Of a stretch of 64,000 nucleotides of DNA, positions 46,421 to 57,122 are shown piece by piece (position 1 is the stretch's first letter; every line of letters begins with the position of its first letter). A model generated the notes under the pieces. It ran no database searches. It was not told where the DNA came from and saw nothing but the letters and a program-made list of their open reading frames with translations. Both the position numbers and the translations under genes were made by a program. Origin of the DNA: Candidatus Poribacteria bacterium (GTDB taxonomy: Bacteria; Poribacteria; WGA-4E; WGA-3G); the NCBI GenBank assembly GCA_965205015.1, contig OZ242029.1:224001-288000 (forward strand), in the 5' to 3' direction.

Positions 46421-46897
46421 ATGAAAACAAGTTTGGATATTATAAGCATAATTTTAATTAGGGTGTGTTTACTTTGTTTGTTTTTTGTTTCAATTACAGG
46501 CTGTGGTGAAGATGAAACTATCCGCGAAGTTACCCCTGTGAAAAAACTTACCCCTAAGGAAAGGCTAACGGGAAATTATTCGCTTCTCAAAATTGAAGCC
46601 GAGGGAATCACTCTGGAACCGCCAGTTGTATACGGAAACTTGGATCTCAACTCCGCAGGTAATTGGTCGATGCAGACAGCCTGGGATCCAAAGTTTAATG
46701 GGGGTAATCTATCAATTTCAGGTACTATTTGGACCGCAGATAACAAAGAACTTACTTTGGCATTATCAATTGAAACGATCGATGAGGCCCGCCACATACC
46801 CTACACGCTAAGGGGGAATACATTGGTCCTTATGTTTGATGCATTACAAGAAGAAGAAGATGGGATTTCTACATTGTCTTGGAGCAAACAACGGTAA
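46421..46897 (+). CDS. Lipoprotein, lipocalin-like beta fold
   Basis: ITGC lipobox; LTGNYSL, SGTIWT, YTLRGNTLVL. Confidence 0.7.
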   Translation: MKTSLDIISIILIRVCLLCLFFVSITGCGEDETIREVTPVKKLTPKERLTGNYSLLKIEAEGITLEPPVVYGNLDLNSAGNWSMQTAWDPKFNGGNLSISGTIWTADNKELTLALSIETIDEARHIPYTLRGNTLVLMFDALQEEEDGISTLSWSKQR

Positions 46898-46913
46898 CAC
46901 CTCGCAATTCTTT

Positions 46914-47044
46914 TATAGTAGATCCCATAATTACTTACACACTCACATCGTTATGTGAACTTGTAAATGTGTGCCTCACGGAGGCACAGGAGACCAACGG
47001 TTTCCTATGCTACAAGTGTAAACTTATTTTTACAACCTACTATA
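46914..47044. mobile_element. MITE with TATAGTA... terminal inverted repeats
   Basis: Left TATAGTAGATCCCATAATTACTTACAC; right end reverse-complements to TATAGTAGGTTGTAAAAATAAGTTTACAC; internal segment also present at about 54702-54730. Confidence 0.7.
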
Positions 47045-47170
47045 ATCAAGGGTCTCTTTCTCTTGTAAATGCGGAGAATTCCCTTGTCAAAAGGGTAAGG
47101 GAATCGCAATCCGTGGGGAGACAGCAGATTTCTGTCTCTATGTAAGTCCTGTGAAAACAAGGAGAAAGTT

Positions 47171-49657
47171 TTGAAAAATATAAATATATCTCAATTGATA
47201 ATTGGAATTGCATTTCTCACACTTGTGTTTTCAAGCGTGGGGTGGAGCCAATCCGCCGACATTGTCCTGATCATTGACAGTTCATCGAGTATGGGAGGTA
47301 ACGATCCAACTGACCTCCGGAAAGACGCAGCGGAGCTGCTCATCGGTTTAGCCGCATCCGATACGCAATCCGAGGTCCAAATCGGGATTGTTGATTTTGA
47401 TGGTTGGGCAGTAACGCTTGCCCCACTTACCGTGGTTAATCCTGCTGGACAGGTTCAATTAGAGGACGCGGTCGATCAAATTAACTCTGATGGCAGCACC
47501 AATATCGCTGGTGGGCTCCATCAAGGATTTGAGGTATTATCTGCGGGTAGTGATCCCGACGTAAGAAAGGCGGCAGTCCTGCTCACCGATGGCGAAGATA
47601 ATTCGTATACGGACGACATCGTCTCAAACTACGACGCGAAGGCCTGGTCAATTTACACGATCGGCTTAGGTTCCGGTGTTAACCAAGCGAAATTACAGAA
47701 CATCGCGAGTGCGACACCAGAGGGCGAATATTATCCCGTAGATTTAAGCAAGATTCATGAAGTCTACAACAGTATTCTTGCCAAGGTTACCCGGAGGACC
47801 ATATTCGCAAGTCATGCAGGTTATATCAATCAAGATCAGGAGCGCACGCAAAATGTTTTGGTTGATAGGGACGTTAGACAGCTCAATTTCTCGGCGAATT
47901 GGATAGGGAGCACCATTGAGATGGCACTCGTTGATCCCAGAGGCTTTGAAATAACGCCAGATATCGCTGCCACCCAAGGCATCGGTTATCAAGTTGCCCC
48001 GACTTTTGTTATCTATACTGTCGATAACCCGATGGCGGGGGAATGGCGGATGAAGATAAAAGGGACAGATATCCCACCGGAAGGCGAACCGTACAGCCTC
48101 GTCGTTACGGGTGACTCGGATTTTGTTACGAATTTCCTTGCCTTCGAAGCGAGTTATTCTGTCGGGGACACCGTGCGCATCGGCATCCGCATCCACGAAA
48201 AAACCGGAGACATCTCACATCCTGTGTTAGGTGCTACCACCTCGGCCGCCGTTGTCCGTCCAGATGGCCGCATTGAGACGCTAACGCTGTTTGATGACGG
48301 TCTCCACGACGATAGCACAGCCGGTGATGGCGTTTACGCAAATAATTACACCAATGTTGATCTGTTGGGAAGCTACCTTATTCGGGCTTCTGTCCAAAAT
48401 GGGTTTTCCCGTAAAATTGAGAAGCAGATTGTCGTAGGCAATATTGATAACGTCTTCGTCGACGGCTCCACTTTGACCCCCGCAGCGGGTGCAACCCTCA
48501 GCCAGGTGCCAAGGCGTATCAGTGCGGTGATTTCGGGACCTGCGGGTAGTATTGACAGGGACACAATTGTGCTGAGAGTTGACGGTGCCATTGTCCAACA
48601 CGCCTACAATGCCGTGAATCAACTCGTTTCATTTGAACCGGCACAGTTATCCCGAGGCACGCACACAGTCTCTTTAAGTGTTAATAACACTATTGAGACA
48701 AACTGGTCCTTTACGACTGAGTCGGGGGTTGTATCGCGCTTCGCCATTTTGATGGTTCTTCTTGATAACGAGCTCAACATGCTCGCAGAACGCAACATGC
48801 TTGCTGTCCCACTCATCCCTGAAGTGCCTTACACAGGGAGCCCCCTCAGTGAAATGTTAGCGGCGACCCTTGTCATCAGATTTGATACAGTCAAACAAGC
48901 ATACACCGGCTACGTTGCACCGGGGGCAACTGACAGTTTTGCTGTTGCGGATGGAAAGACCTATAGGGTCAATATCCCCGCGCCCAGAATGCATGCGTTC
49001 ACACGGACAGCACGGACGAATCCGCAAGTGGCTGCCGCCCCCGGTCTCAGGACTCAAGCGGGGACCAGGATATTTGTTGTGAGCTGCGATCTGCGAGGCA
49101 TCGACGCTGATGCTCGCTACGCTCTGACGGTGAAAAATCTGCGGACCGGCGCAGTCGCTATTTCTGGGGACGCTGAGACTCCCAAAGCAGTATGGGCAAA
49201 TGTGAACCGCAACAGTGCCGTCCAAATCGGGGACATACTGGAGGTGGTATTACGCGACGCGTATGGAAATATCGTCGCCGGTCCACGCCTGCAAACGGTG
49301 TCCGCTACAGATATTCACAACGCGTATCTGCGGGTTCAGTTGACGGGCAGAGATATACAACCGAAAGATACAGTCCTGGCGCAGAACTACCCGAACCCTT
49401 TTAACCCTGAAACGTGGATTCCGTATCAACTGAGCGATCCCACCGATGTTTCAATTCAGATTTATGATAACTCAGGTCGCTTGGTCCGGACGTTGGCAGT
49501 TGGGTTGAAGGCAGCAGGTATCTATAGGACGCGTTCGCGAGCGGCGTATTGGGATGGTAAGAATGAAAGCGGTGAGTGTGTGGCGAGCGGCACCTATTTC
49601 TATACACTCCGGACCCCCGAATTCTCGGCTACGCGCCGGATGATCATTTTGAAGTAG
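47171..49657 (+). CDS. Secreted VWA-domain protein with FlgD/T9SS-CTD-like C-terminus
   Basis: MIDAS DSSSSM, STNI, LLTDG; LFDDGLHDD..AGDGVY; [16 protein letters not shown]...AAYWDGKN...RRMIILK. Confidence 0.88.
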   Translation: MKNINISQLIIGIAFLTLVFSSVGWSQSADIVLIIDSSSSMGGNDPTDLRKDAAELLIGLAASDTQSEVQIGIVDFDGWAVTLAPLTVVNPAGQVQLEDAVDQINSDGSTNIAGGLHQGFEVLSAGSDPDVRKAAVLLTDGEDNSYTDDIVSNYDAKAWSIYTIGLGSGVNQAKLQNIASATPEGEYYPVDLSKIHEVYNSILAKVTRRTIFASHAGYINQDQERTQNVLVDRDVRQLNFSANWIGSTIEMALVDPRGFEITPDIAATQGIGYQVAPTFVIYTVDNPMAGEWRMKIKGTDIPPEGEPYSLVVTGDSDFVTNFLAFEASYSVGDTVRIGIRIHEKTGDISHPVLGATTSAAVVRPDGRIETLTLFDDGLHDDSTAGDGVYANNYTNVDLLGSYLIRASVQNGFSRKIEKQIVVGNIDNVFVDGSTLTPAAGATLSQVPRRISAVISGPAGSIDRDTIVLRVDGAIVQHAYNAVNQLVSFEPAQLSRGTHTVSLSVNNTIETNWSFTTESGVVSRFAILMVLLDNELNMLAERNMLAVPLIPEVPYTGSPLSEMLAATLVIRFDTVKQAYTGYVAPGATDSFAVADGKTYRVNIPAPRMHAFTRTARTNPQVAAAPGLRTQAGTRIFVVSCDLRGIDADARYALTVKNLRTGAVAISGDAETPKAVWANVNRNSAVQIGDILEVVLRDAYGNIVAGPRLQTVSATDIHNAYLRVQLTGRDIQPKDTVLAQNYPNPFNPETWIPYQLSDPTDVSIQIYDNSGRLVRTLAVGLKAAGIYRTRSRAAYWDGKNESGECVASGTYFYTLRTPEFSATRRMIILK

Positions 49658-49732
49658 GCATATCGGGTATAGCAAAACCCTTTTTGTCTGGGTAAGCGAG
49701 TTTGTGGCAGCCACAAGAACTGAGGAGAAGTC

Positions 49733-51520
49733 GTGAAAAACAGTGCTACGTTCATAGCAGGTTTCGGCGTGCTAACGCTCCTGCTGCTGATCCCAAATAC
49801 AGGAAATACAAAGCCAGATGATGTCCGTTATTCGGTCCTCACGAATCAGGGGCATACCATTTTAAGCGCTGCTTTTAACCCTCGCGACATTCACATGCTT
49901 GCGACTGGGGGCTCTGATGGCACAATCCGGGTATGGAATACAAGCACGCGCGCACTCCTGTACATCATTTATTACGATAAGGATTTGATCCTCAGTCTCG
50001 CATTTAGCCCTGATGGTAGCGTACTGGCGAGCGGAAGTGCCGATGGCAACGTGCGATTATGGAATGTCGGCACAGGGAAACTCCAGCATAAGCTCAGTGA
50101 GCACACGGACCTTGTAACGAGTCTCGCTTTTAGTGCTGATGGCAGCGTACTCGCCAGTGGCAGTGAAGATGGGACGATCCGGCTGTGGGATCCAGACACA
50201 GGACAGCAGCAGAACGCCCTCACGGGTTATGATGTCCCCGTCCTCAGTCTCGCTTTCAGTCCTATTGGAAAGGTACTTGCAACCGGGCGAGCCGACACCC
50301 GAGTCCGGGTGTGGAACTTGGAGACGGGCAGACTCCAACACACGCTTGAGGGCCATAAGGATCTTGTCCTCAGTCTTGCATTTGGTCCTAATAACGGCAT
50401 GCTCGCCAGTGGCGGGGCTGATGGCAGGGTGTTCCTATGGAAAACAAGCCCAGGGGTGCTCCTGAAAACCTTCACCGCACATACGAATTGGGTCAACACC
50501 GTTGCGTTCCATGGAACAACGCTCGCCAGTGGCAGTTTCGATAAAACGATCCGCTTGTGGAACGTAGACACGAGGACCCTCCAGCAGACGCTCACGGCGC
50601 ATACCCAAAGCGTCGAAAGTCTTGCCTTCAATACGAACGGCAGTCTCCTGGCGAGCGGGAGTGCCGATGGCAAAGTGTTGCTATGGGAACTCACAGCCTC
50701 ACAAACAGCCTCACAAATCCTGGCAGATGTTAATGGAGACGGTGTCGTCAATCGGTTGGATTTGGAGGCAGTCAACACACGCTTAGGCAGGAGTGAGCGG
50801 TCTCCTGCGGATGTCAACACCGATGGTATCGTCAATATTACCGATCTCGTTTTGGTTACGAATGCAATCGAGGCTACAGCCGCTGAGCGGAAGGCCCTTG
50901 TGAGCGGGAGGACAGATGTCAATAACGATAACGTTGTAGATATGTCGGATTTGGAGGCGATTGACGAGCGTTTGGGGATGACAGGGCAGTCTCCTGCGGA
51001 TGTCAACATTGATGGTGTCGTCAATATTGTTGATCTCGTCTTGGTCGCGAATGCCATCAATCTTGCAACGGTAGCCGCCCCCGCTTTCCACAATCGGGTC
51101 ACAGCATTGATTACAGCCGAACGGATCCAAGGGTGGTTGACCGAGGCCCGGTTATCAGAGGAGCCCTCTCTTGCCTACCAGAGAGGCGTGCTGGTGCTAG
51201 AACAACTCTTGGCGATACTGACGCCCGAAACGACAGTGCTACTGCCGAATTATCCGAATCCGTTTAACCCAGAGACGTGGATCCCATATCGGTTGGCAGC
51301 GGCTACGGATGTAGGGGTGCGTATCTACGGTGCGAACGGCACACTGGTAAGAACCTTGGAAATGGGGCAGCAGCCAGCGGGTCTCTATGAAAGCCGTGCG
51401 CGAGCCGCGTATTGGGATGGCAAAAACGAACTTGGGGAACCCGTAGCAAGTGGCCTCTATTTTTATACACTCACTGCCGGGGAATTCACTGCGACACGGA
51501 AGATGCTGATACGGAAATAG
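49733..51520 (+). CDS. Secreted WD40 + dockerin-like + CTD protein
   Basis: About 7 WD repeats (SLAFSPDG..LASGS.DG..RLW); four DVNxDxxVx..DL Ca-binding repeats; [11 protein letters not shown] tail. Confidence 0.9.
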   Translation: MKNSATFIAGFGVLTLLLLIPNTGNTKPDDVRYSVLTNQGHTILSAAFNPRDIHMLATGGSDGTIRVWNTSTRALLYIIYYDKDLILSLAFSPDGSVLASGSADGNVRLWNVGTGKLQHKLSEHTDLVTSLAFSADGSVLASGSEDGTIRLWDPDTGQQQNALTGYDVPVLSLAFSPIGKVLATGRADTRVRVWNLETGRLQHTLEGHKDLVLSLAFGPNNGMLASGGADGRVFLWKTSPGVLLKTFTAHTNWVNTVAFHGTTLASGSFDKTIRLWNVDTRTLQQTLTAHTQSVESLAFNTNGSLLASGSADGKVLLWELTASQTASQILADVNGDGVVNRLDLEAVNTRLGRSERSPADVNTDGIVNITDLVLVTNAIEATAAERKALVSGRTDVNNDNVVDMSDLEAIDERLGMTGQSPADVNIDGVVNIVDLVLVANAINLATVAAPAFHNRVTALITAERIQGWLTEARLSEEPSLAYQRGVLVLEQLLAILTPETTVLLPNYPNPFNPETWIPYRLAAATDVGVRIYGANGTLVRTLEMGQQPAGLYESRARAAYWDGKNELGEPVASGLYFYTLTAGEFTATRKMLIRK

Positions 51521-51588
51521 TATCATAAGACCTTATGAGTGCTGGGATGCTGACGTTTATTAGCTTCTCAGCGAAGGAGTCTCAACAG

Positions 51589-54500
51589 ATGAAAAACAGG
51601 ATCATATTTCCACTATTGCGTATAGTGTTGGTCTCGCTACTTTTTTCAGCCACTGCTTTCTCAGAGGATACAGTTGTGCGTGTCGCGTCCCGTCTCTTGG
51701 CGAGTGGTGCGGATCCCTCCGTAGTAGATATTGTTATTGAGAATGGACAAAACATTGCGGGATACCAGGTGATGCTTCAGTTTGACAGTGACTTTCTTGA
51801 ATATAAGAAGATCGAACACGGTGCCTATTTGCCAAAGGACGCATTTCGGGGAGAACCGCAAATTATACCTGATATAGATCCTACGGATGATTCACTTCAG
51901 GCGATACTTTTTGCGGCGGTTTCTTTGAGCAGTTCGGGCAAGGGGGACGGTATTCTTGCTACACTCACGTTTACGCCCAAAATAAAACGGGGGTCTTCCC
52001 TCGTCTTACTTGACAAGACGGTTTTGTCCAATAAGAAGGGGGAGGTATTGCATCCAATTCTTAAACACGCAAAAACATATCCCAAGATTGCTTCTGATTT
52101 AGCGATTGGATCGGTTCAGGCGATCCCCAGAAACACCACGGCGGTGCGGCATGTCTACAGCAAAGGAGATGAGTTTCAACTCCGTACGACTGTCAGGAAC
52201 AGGGGCAATGTGGCATCCGCCGCGGCACAACTCATATTTTATGGTCCCGCTACCACAAAGACGAATAAAGGCGGTGCGTTGGGAAGCGTCAATATAGCAC
52301 CGCTGGATCCGAATGCCGCAGTCGAGATAACGCTACCTAACTTTGTTACTGTCTCCGATAATTCCGGCACCTACTATTACACTGCATGTATAGGGAGCGG
52401 TAATTGCTCTGAACCCCTCAAAATTGAGGTAGGTGCCCCGGACCTAAGGGTTCCGGACTTAGTCGTTGAATCCACTACAGTATCTCGACCCAACGATAAT
52501 GTGAGACAGGACCCCATGACCGTGTCGGGTGTATCTACGGATTTTTCCTTGATCCCTCCAAGGACTGAGACAGTCCAATGTGTTGCTTATAGTCCGGACG
52601 GAACCCTCCTCGCAACTGCTGGCAATGACAACAAAATCCACTTGTGGGACTCAAGTACCGGTGTGTTTCGTCGCAATCTTGATTTGGATGGAGATGTCTA
52701 CAGCATTGCCTTTAGTCCAGATGGCACCTGGTTTGCGAGCGGAACTAGAAGAGGAGCGCATCAACTCCTCGTGTGGGAGACAGAAACCTGGGTGGTAAAA
52801 GCCAGATTCGGACCGGGGAACGCCCGGGGTGTCGGTTTTAGTCATGATAGCCAATTTCTTGCGTGTGGGACAGATAGCACGGACGGGGTGTATGTGTATA
52901 AATATTTTAACGATTCGCAAGCGTGGAGAATCTTCGACGAAGAATGGGAACATCCTCATAATGTGACGAGTGTGGCTTGGCATCCTAAACGGCATGTGCT
53001 TGCCAGCGGGTGTGATGACACAAGAGTGCGAGTGTGGGACTTATCCGGGCAATCCGAAGAACTTGAAGGGCATAGAAACAGAGTTCACTCCGTAGCTTTT
53101 AGCAGCAATGGTGACTTCATCGCAAGTGGAGATTCCACCGGGCAAGTAATCTTGTGGAAGAATATAGGCGGGAATTGGGGGGGTCAGGAACTTAAGGAAT
53201 ATAACAATACGGTTCACAGTGTTGTTTTTCATCCGGGTGGAGATTTGCTGTTAAACGGTGCGAATGATGATACGATTGATATGTGGAATGTGCACACGGG
53301 AGAGCATCTCACCAATATCGACCTCTCAGAAGTCAATATCAACGCAGACAAACATGCATACATCCGTAGCATCGCTTTTAATTCTCAAGGCAACGCCATA
53401 GCGATTGGCATTCTTAATGGCAAGGTCCGACAAGTCACCGTAAACCCACATACAGGGGTCGGCTTGAAACTTCCACCAAATCTCATATCAGATGTGGCAC
53501 ACAGTGAAAAATACACCTACTTTGTTCTGAATCCTGTTTTTCCACTGGTGACAGTGACGGGGATACCAAATGCAAATGAACTACAAGAATTACTATACGA
53601 GGGCAAGAATAGGAACAGCCTCGGAAAGTGCATCATTACACTTGATACTAACAAATATGATTATTTTGCGTTCCCCTTAGAACCTGGTACAGATGAAGAA
53701 GTATATGATGCTTTGAAAAGTGCATTTAATATTATTCTTTCGGGAGTTGGCTTCGTAAAATCGGTCAAAATCATAAAACCGGGGGTCGAACAGAGCAGAA
53801 AGATAGTTAAAGGCATTCAGAAACTGGGGGAAGTTTTGAGTGCCCTAACTATTTTCGTGGACTCCGTAAATATTCTGGATACGGTGGCTGATGTTGTAGA
53901 GAACAGTGAGGAGGAGCAGGATTTCGCAATGACAATAGAACCGATACAACCCGAGGGACCCGGTTGGGGAGAAATATTTCTTTACAGTTTATTAGATTTT
54001 GTGGATCTTGCGGACGCGGATACGCGATTCGTTGATTATCCTGTCCTTTTTCGCATCTCAGGCGGCTTACACAGCTTACCAAGTATAGGCATTAAGGTAA
54101 CGCAAAACTACAGCATCGACGCTTCAGATTATGCGGTGACATATGAAGGGACGTGGGACCTGGAAAATAGCACCAGTGCGGCACCAAGCGCACAACCAAT
54201 GTCACTTGCGGATTATCCGCCATTTCAACAGTTATCACCGGAAATGCAGGAATATCTGCTCCGGTATTTCGATGAGTCTAAAAACACTGAGGCTACAACT
54301 GCCGAGGCATGGCAGGTTCCAGAGGCGACATCTCTATTAGCCAACTACCCGAACCCGTTCAACCCGGAGACGTGGATTCCGTATCAACTCTCTGAACCCG
54401 CGGATGTAACGTTGACCATCTACGACCTCAACGGGCATGTCGTGCGGGATTTAGATGTAGGGCATCAACGCGCAGGGATGTATCAGAGTCGGGCGCGGGC

Positions 54501-54615
54501 GGCGTATTGGGATGGCAGAAACGCACAAGGGGAGCCTGTGGCAAGTGGCCTCTATTTCTATACGCTCACAGCAGGCGAATTTACCGCAACGCGTAAAATG
54601 CTGATACGGAAGTAG
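51589..54615 (+). CDS. Secreted cohesin-like + CARDB-like + WD40 + CTD protein
   Basis: [17 protein letters not shown]...[10 protein letters not shown] (cohesin-like); DL.I...VRNRGN...GTYYYTAC (CARDB-like); WD repeats; [13 protein letters not shown]. Confidence 0.82.
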   Translation: MKNRIIFPLLRIVLVSLLFSATAFSEDTVVRVASRLLASGADPSVVDIVIENGQNIAGYQVMLQFDSDFLEYKKIEHGAYLPKDAFRGEPQIIPDIDPTDDSLQAILFAAVSLSSSGKGDGILATLTFTPKIKRGSSLVLLDKTVLSNKKGEVLHPILKHAKTYPKIASDLAIGSVQAIPRNTTAVRHVYSKGDEFQLRTTVRNRGNVASAAAQLIFYGPATTKTNKGGALGSVNIAPLDPNAAVEITLPNFVTVSDNSGTYYYTACIGSGNCSEPLKIEVGAPDLRVPDLVVESTTVSRPNDNVRQDPMTVSGVSTDFSLIPPRTETVQCVAYSPDGTLLATAGNDNKIHLWDSSTGVFRRNLDLDGDVYSIAFSPDGTWFASGTRRGAHQLLVWETETWVVKARFGPGNARGVGFSHDSQFLACGTDSTDGVYVYKYFNDSQAWRIFDEEWEHPHNVTSVAWHPKRHVLASGCDDTRVRVWDLSGQSEELEGHRNRVHSVAFSSNGDFIASGDSTGQVILWKNIGGNWGGQELKEYNNTVHSVVFHPGGDLLLNGANDDTIDMWNVHTGEHLTNIDLSEVNINADKHAYIRSIAFNSQGNAIAIGILNGKVRQVTVNPHTGVGLKLPPNLISDVAHSEKYTYFVLNPVFPLVTVTGIPNANELQELLYEGKNRNSLGKCIITLDTNKYDYFAFPLEPGTDEEVYDALKSAFNIILSGVGFVKSVKIIKPGVEQSRKIVKGIQKLGEVLSALTIFVDSVNILDTVADVVENSEEEQDFAMTIEPIQPEGPGWGEIFLYSLLDFVDLADADTRFVDYPVLFRISGGLHSLPSIGIKVTQNYSIDASDYAVTYEGTWDLENSTSAAPSAQPMSLADYPPFQQLSPEMQEYLLRYFDESKNTEATTAEAWQVPEATSLLANYPNPFNPETWIPYQLSEPADVTLTIYDLNGHVVRDLDVGHQRAGMYQSRARAAYWDGRNAQGEPVASGLYFYTLTAGEFTATRKMLIRK

Positions 54616-54768
54616 ATTTTTCGTATAAGACTTACGCAATTTTGACGATAGCGCGTTCTGTGAGATGAAAATGCCTAAAAAACGCAGATGCTTTCTTGGC
54701 GCAGGAGACCAACGGTTTCCTATGCTACAAAAGAACAACGCGCATAAATCCTATTAAGGAGAAATTCA

Positions 54769-55212
54769 ATGAAAATAATTTCAACGTTCCACATTTTGGG
54801 ACTTTTCATGGCAGTCCTGATGTTCAGTACACCTTTTGTCGCCCTCACACAGCAGCTACCTGTACCAGCCGTAATCGATGCCGAAGCCGATGCGAATAGA
54901 GATGTAAACAAACCTTTATGGTTTGGAGCAGGTGTTCTGCTTTCTGGTGCCGCATTTTTGCTGAAGCCGTATGGGTACGTTATCCTTCCACTGAGTCTGG
55001 GCGGTTATCTCTATCAACCCGCACCGCCTCCTTCACGGTTGATTGGGAAATCGCCTGAATATGTAACCGCTTACGTATCCGCCTACAAATCAAAAGTAGC
55101 GGATATCCAAGGGAATATGGCCGGAATAGGTTGTCTCAGTGGTTGTATTGTCATTGCGGTTGCGGGTGGAGGTATAGGTTTTGGATTAGGATCCCTAGCG
55201 GTAACACAATGA
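54769..55212 (+). CDS. Hypothetical membrane protein, paralog of 14277..14810
   Basis: DANRDVNKPLWFG, PPPSRLIGKSPEYV. Confidence 0.75.
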   Translation: MKIISTFHILGLFMAVLMFSTPFVALTQQLPVPAVIDAEADANRDVNKPLWFGAGVLLSGAAFLLKPYGYVILPLSLGGYLYQPAPPPSRLIGKSPEYVTAYVSAYKSKVADIQGNMAGIGCLSGCIVIAVAGGGIGFGLGSLAVTQ

Positions 55213-55240
55213 GAAACGCACTTAACCTTTAGGAGGCTGA

Positions 55241-55657
55241 ATGATGAGATACTATGGGATTTTTCTAATATGTGCTTTGGTTATTGGCTGCACAGCACTT
55301 CTGACTGAACAGACATACGTGCGTATTGACGCGCCAGTAACAATTACGAAAACCCCCCACGGCGTCGTGTATGCCTTTCCGGAGAAAAAATTGATTCGGA
55401 AAATTCGTATCGTCGGCGAAGGGACGCTTCAAAATGTAAGACTCGGGGTGCGGGATGACGCATCAAACTGGGTGCGGGTGAAAACGATGAAACAGAGATT
55501 TGCCCTTCCAATTGAGATTCCTATCACTTGGGCTTTGCCCACAGATGCCGTTCGGATACAAAGAACGAAGGCTGCTATTCCGACGAAAAAAGGCTGGGCT
55601 TCCAGGGGGCAAATTAATACCGTTGAATTTTACACAACCGTGTCAGGAGGGCAATAA
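55241..55657 (+). CDS. Hypothetical lipoprotein
   Basis: VIGC lipobox, AGGAGG RBS; ends GQINTVEFY, reminiscent of the 23902/24586 termini. Confidence 0.7.
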   Translation: MMRYYGIFLICALVIGCTALLTEQTYVRIDAPVTITKTPHGVVYAFPEKKLIRKIRIVGEGTLQNVRLGVRDDASNWVRVKTMKQRFALPIEIPITWALPTDAVRIQRTKAAIPTKKGWASRGQINTVEFYTTVSGGQ

Positions 55658-56940
55658 TGAAACTACGGCAATTCGGATTTTTGTGCCTCATTTTATGCCT
55701 CTCTATTACCAACGCAATCGCTCAAGATTTTGGAATCTTGGCACCCAGTGGGGACATCCTTGAAACCGTATTTGACCATCGAAGCATCGCCATGGGTAAC
55801 ACAGCGGTCATTACGCCGAGAGGCAGTAGTGCGATGTTTTCAAACCCATCTATCCTCGCGACATTCTCTAAACCGCAGATACAGATGGGCGGAAAACTTC
55901 TGTACGGAACAATTACAAATGAAGCGGGAAGCGAGAACGAACTTTACGAGTCCTCTAAAGCCGAGTATCCACTGTTCCCCAGCCGGTCGTTCTTCACGTT
56001 TGCAATGCCCTATCGGCTACCGAACACGGACTTAAAGCTTGCCTTTGGCATTGGGTATCAGCGGAACGAAGGCGTAAAGTGGGAGTCGGAGGTGATCTGG
56101 GTGGAGGAAGAGCGGTCAACAGACACGGGTGACCTTGTGAATATTCGCAGGACCTCAAATTACACCAGCAGAACCCAAGGGCATTTGAGCACCCTCACCC
56201 CCGGAGTTGCCCTGAATCTTCAAGACAGATATTTCTTCGGTCTGACACTCAACCGAGCGTTTGGTGCAATTATCTCCACCCAAGAACGGAACCTTTCAGA
56301 TCAGCAAACGAAAATAGATTCGGATCAAAAACAATCCGCAACGTTTCTAAGACTCGGGGCACTTGCTAAGGTAACCCCGATACTCTCTGTCGGTCTGATG
56401 TACCGTAGGGGGTTCACATGGGAATGGGGTGATAAAATTACGAAAACCTATGAAGCGGGTCAGCTGGATACAGTGAGAGATCAACCCTTCCTTGCGTTAG
56501 CGATACCGACTGTGTGGGGGCTCGGTGCGGAATATAAGGTTTCCCCTAACCTCGTTGTCGCCTTAGAAATCCAATCCCGTCCGTTCGCTGAACTTCGATG
56601 GAGTAGCGATATTTATCAACAAGCATTCGTTGAAGACGGTCTTAACCTTTCCGTGGGTGCGGAGTATTTAGGGGCTGGCGTTCCGCTTCGTTTTGGGACT
56701 TTTCGAGAGGTGATCCCGATTGTAGACGAAAACGACACCGCACCCGTGAGTTTTGTCGGACTCACTGTGGGCATGGGTTCCAGCGGTGACACAGATTTTT
56801 CTTGGGATGCTTCGGCACTCTTCGGGACCTGGGAGCAGGTCAATAATGAAGGACAGAAATATTCAGAAAACCTCATCCGTGCGGGGATTTCGGCGACTTA
56901 CCGCTTCAATACGGTTCTCGGCACTACTTTCACAAGATAG
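55657..56940 (+). CDS. FadL/PorV-like outer-membrane beta-barrel
   Basis: Signal peptide; RSIAMG...SAMFSNPS; IPTVWGLGAEY; amphipathic strands. Confidence 0.75.
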   Translation: MKLRQFGFLCLILCLSITNAIAQDFGILAPSGDILETVFDHRSIAMGNTAVITPRGSSAMFSNPSILATFSKPQIQMGGKLLYGTITNEAGSENELYESSKAEYPLFPSRSFFTFAMPYRLPNTDLKLAFGIGYQRNEGVKWESEVIWVEEERSTDTGDLVNIRRTSNYTSRTQGHLSTLTPGVALNLQDRYFFGLTLNRAFGAIISTQERNLSDQQTKIDSDQKQSATFLRLGALAKVTPILSVGLMYRRGFTWEWGDKITKTYEAGQLDTVRDQPFLALAIPTVWGLGAEYKVSPNLVVALEIQSRPFAELRWSSDIYQQAFVEDGLNLSVGAEYLGAGVPLRFGTFREVIPIVDENDTAPVSFVGLTVGMGSSGDTDFSWDASALFGTWEQVNNEGQKYSENLIRAGISATYRFNTVLGTTFTR

Positions 56941-57122
56941 GTGTGAAACCAAATTCACACCATAGGTGTCAATTCAGGAAAATAAAATCTCATACCACTG
57001 CGTGAGCGTCTTCTCTACGGCGGTGATATCCAAGGGCTGATAGAGAGAAGAACAACCAACTTTTGAAGGAGGACGGTGTTGCCTCCCGACCTTGCGAGGG
57101 AGGTTCCGTGCCGGGATTTTTA

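Noticed and set aside
50227-51102. Long antisense ORFs (also 4281..4916, 9669..10340, 38962..39666, 41778..42344)
   Set aside because: Shadow frames of well-supported genes with no recognisable motifs.
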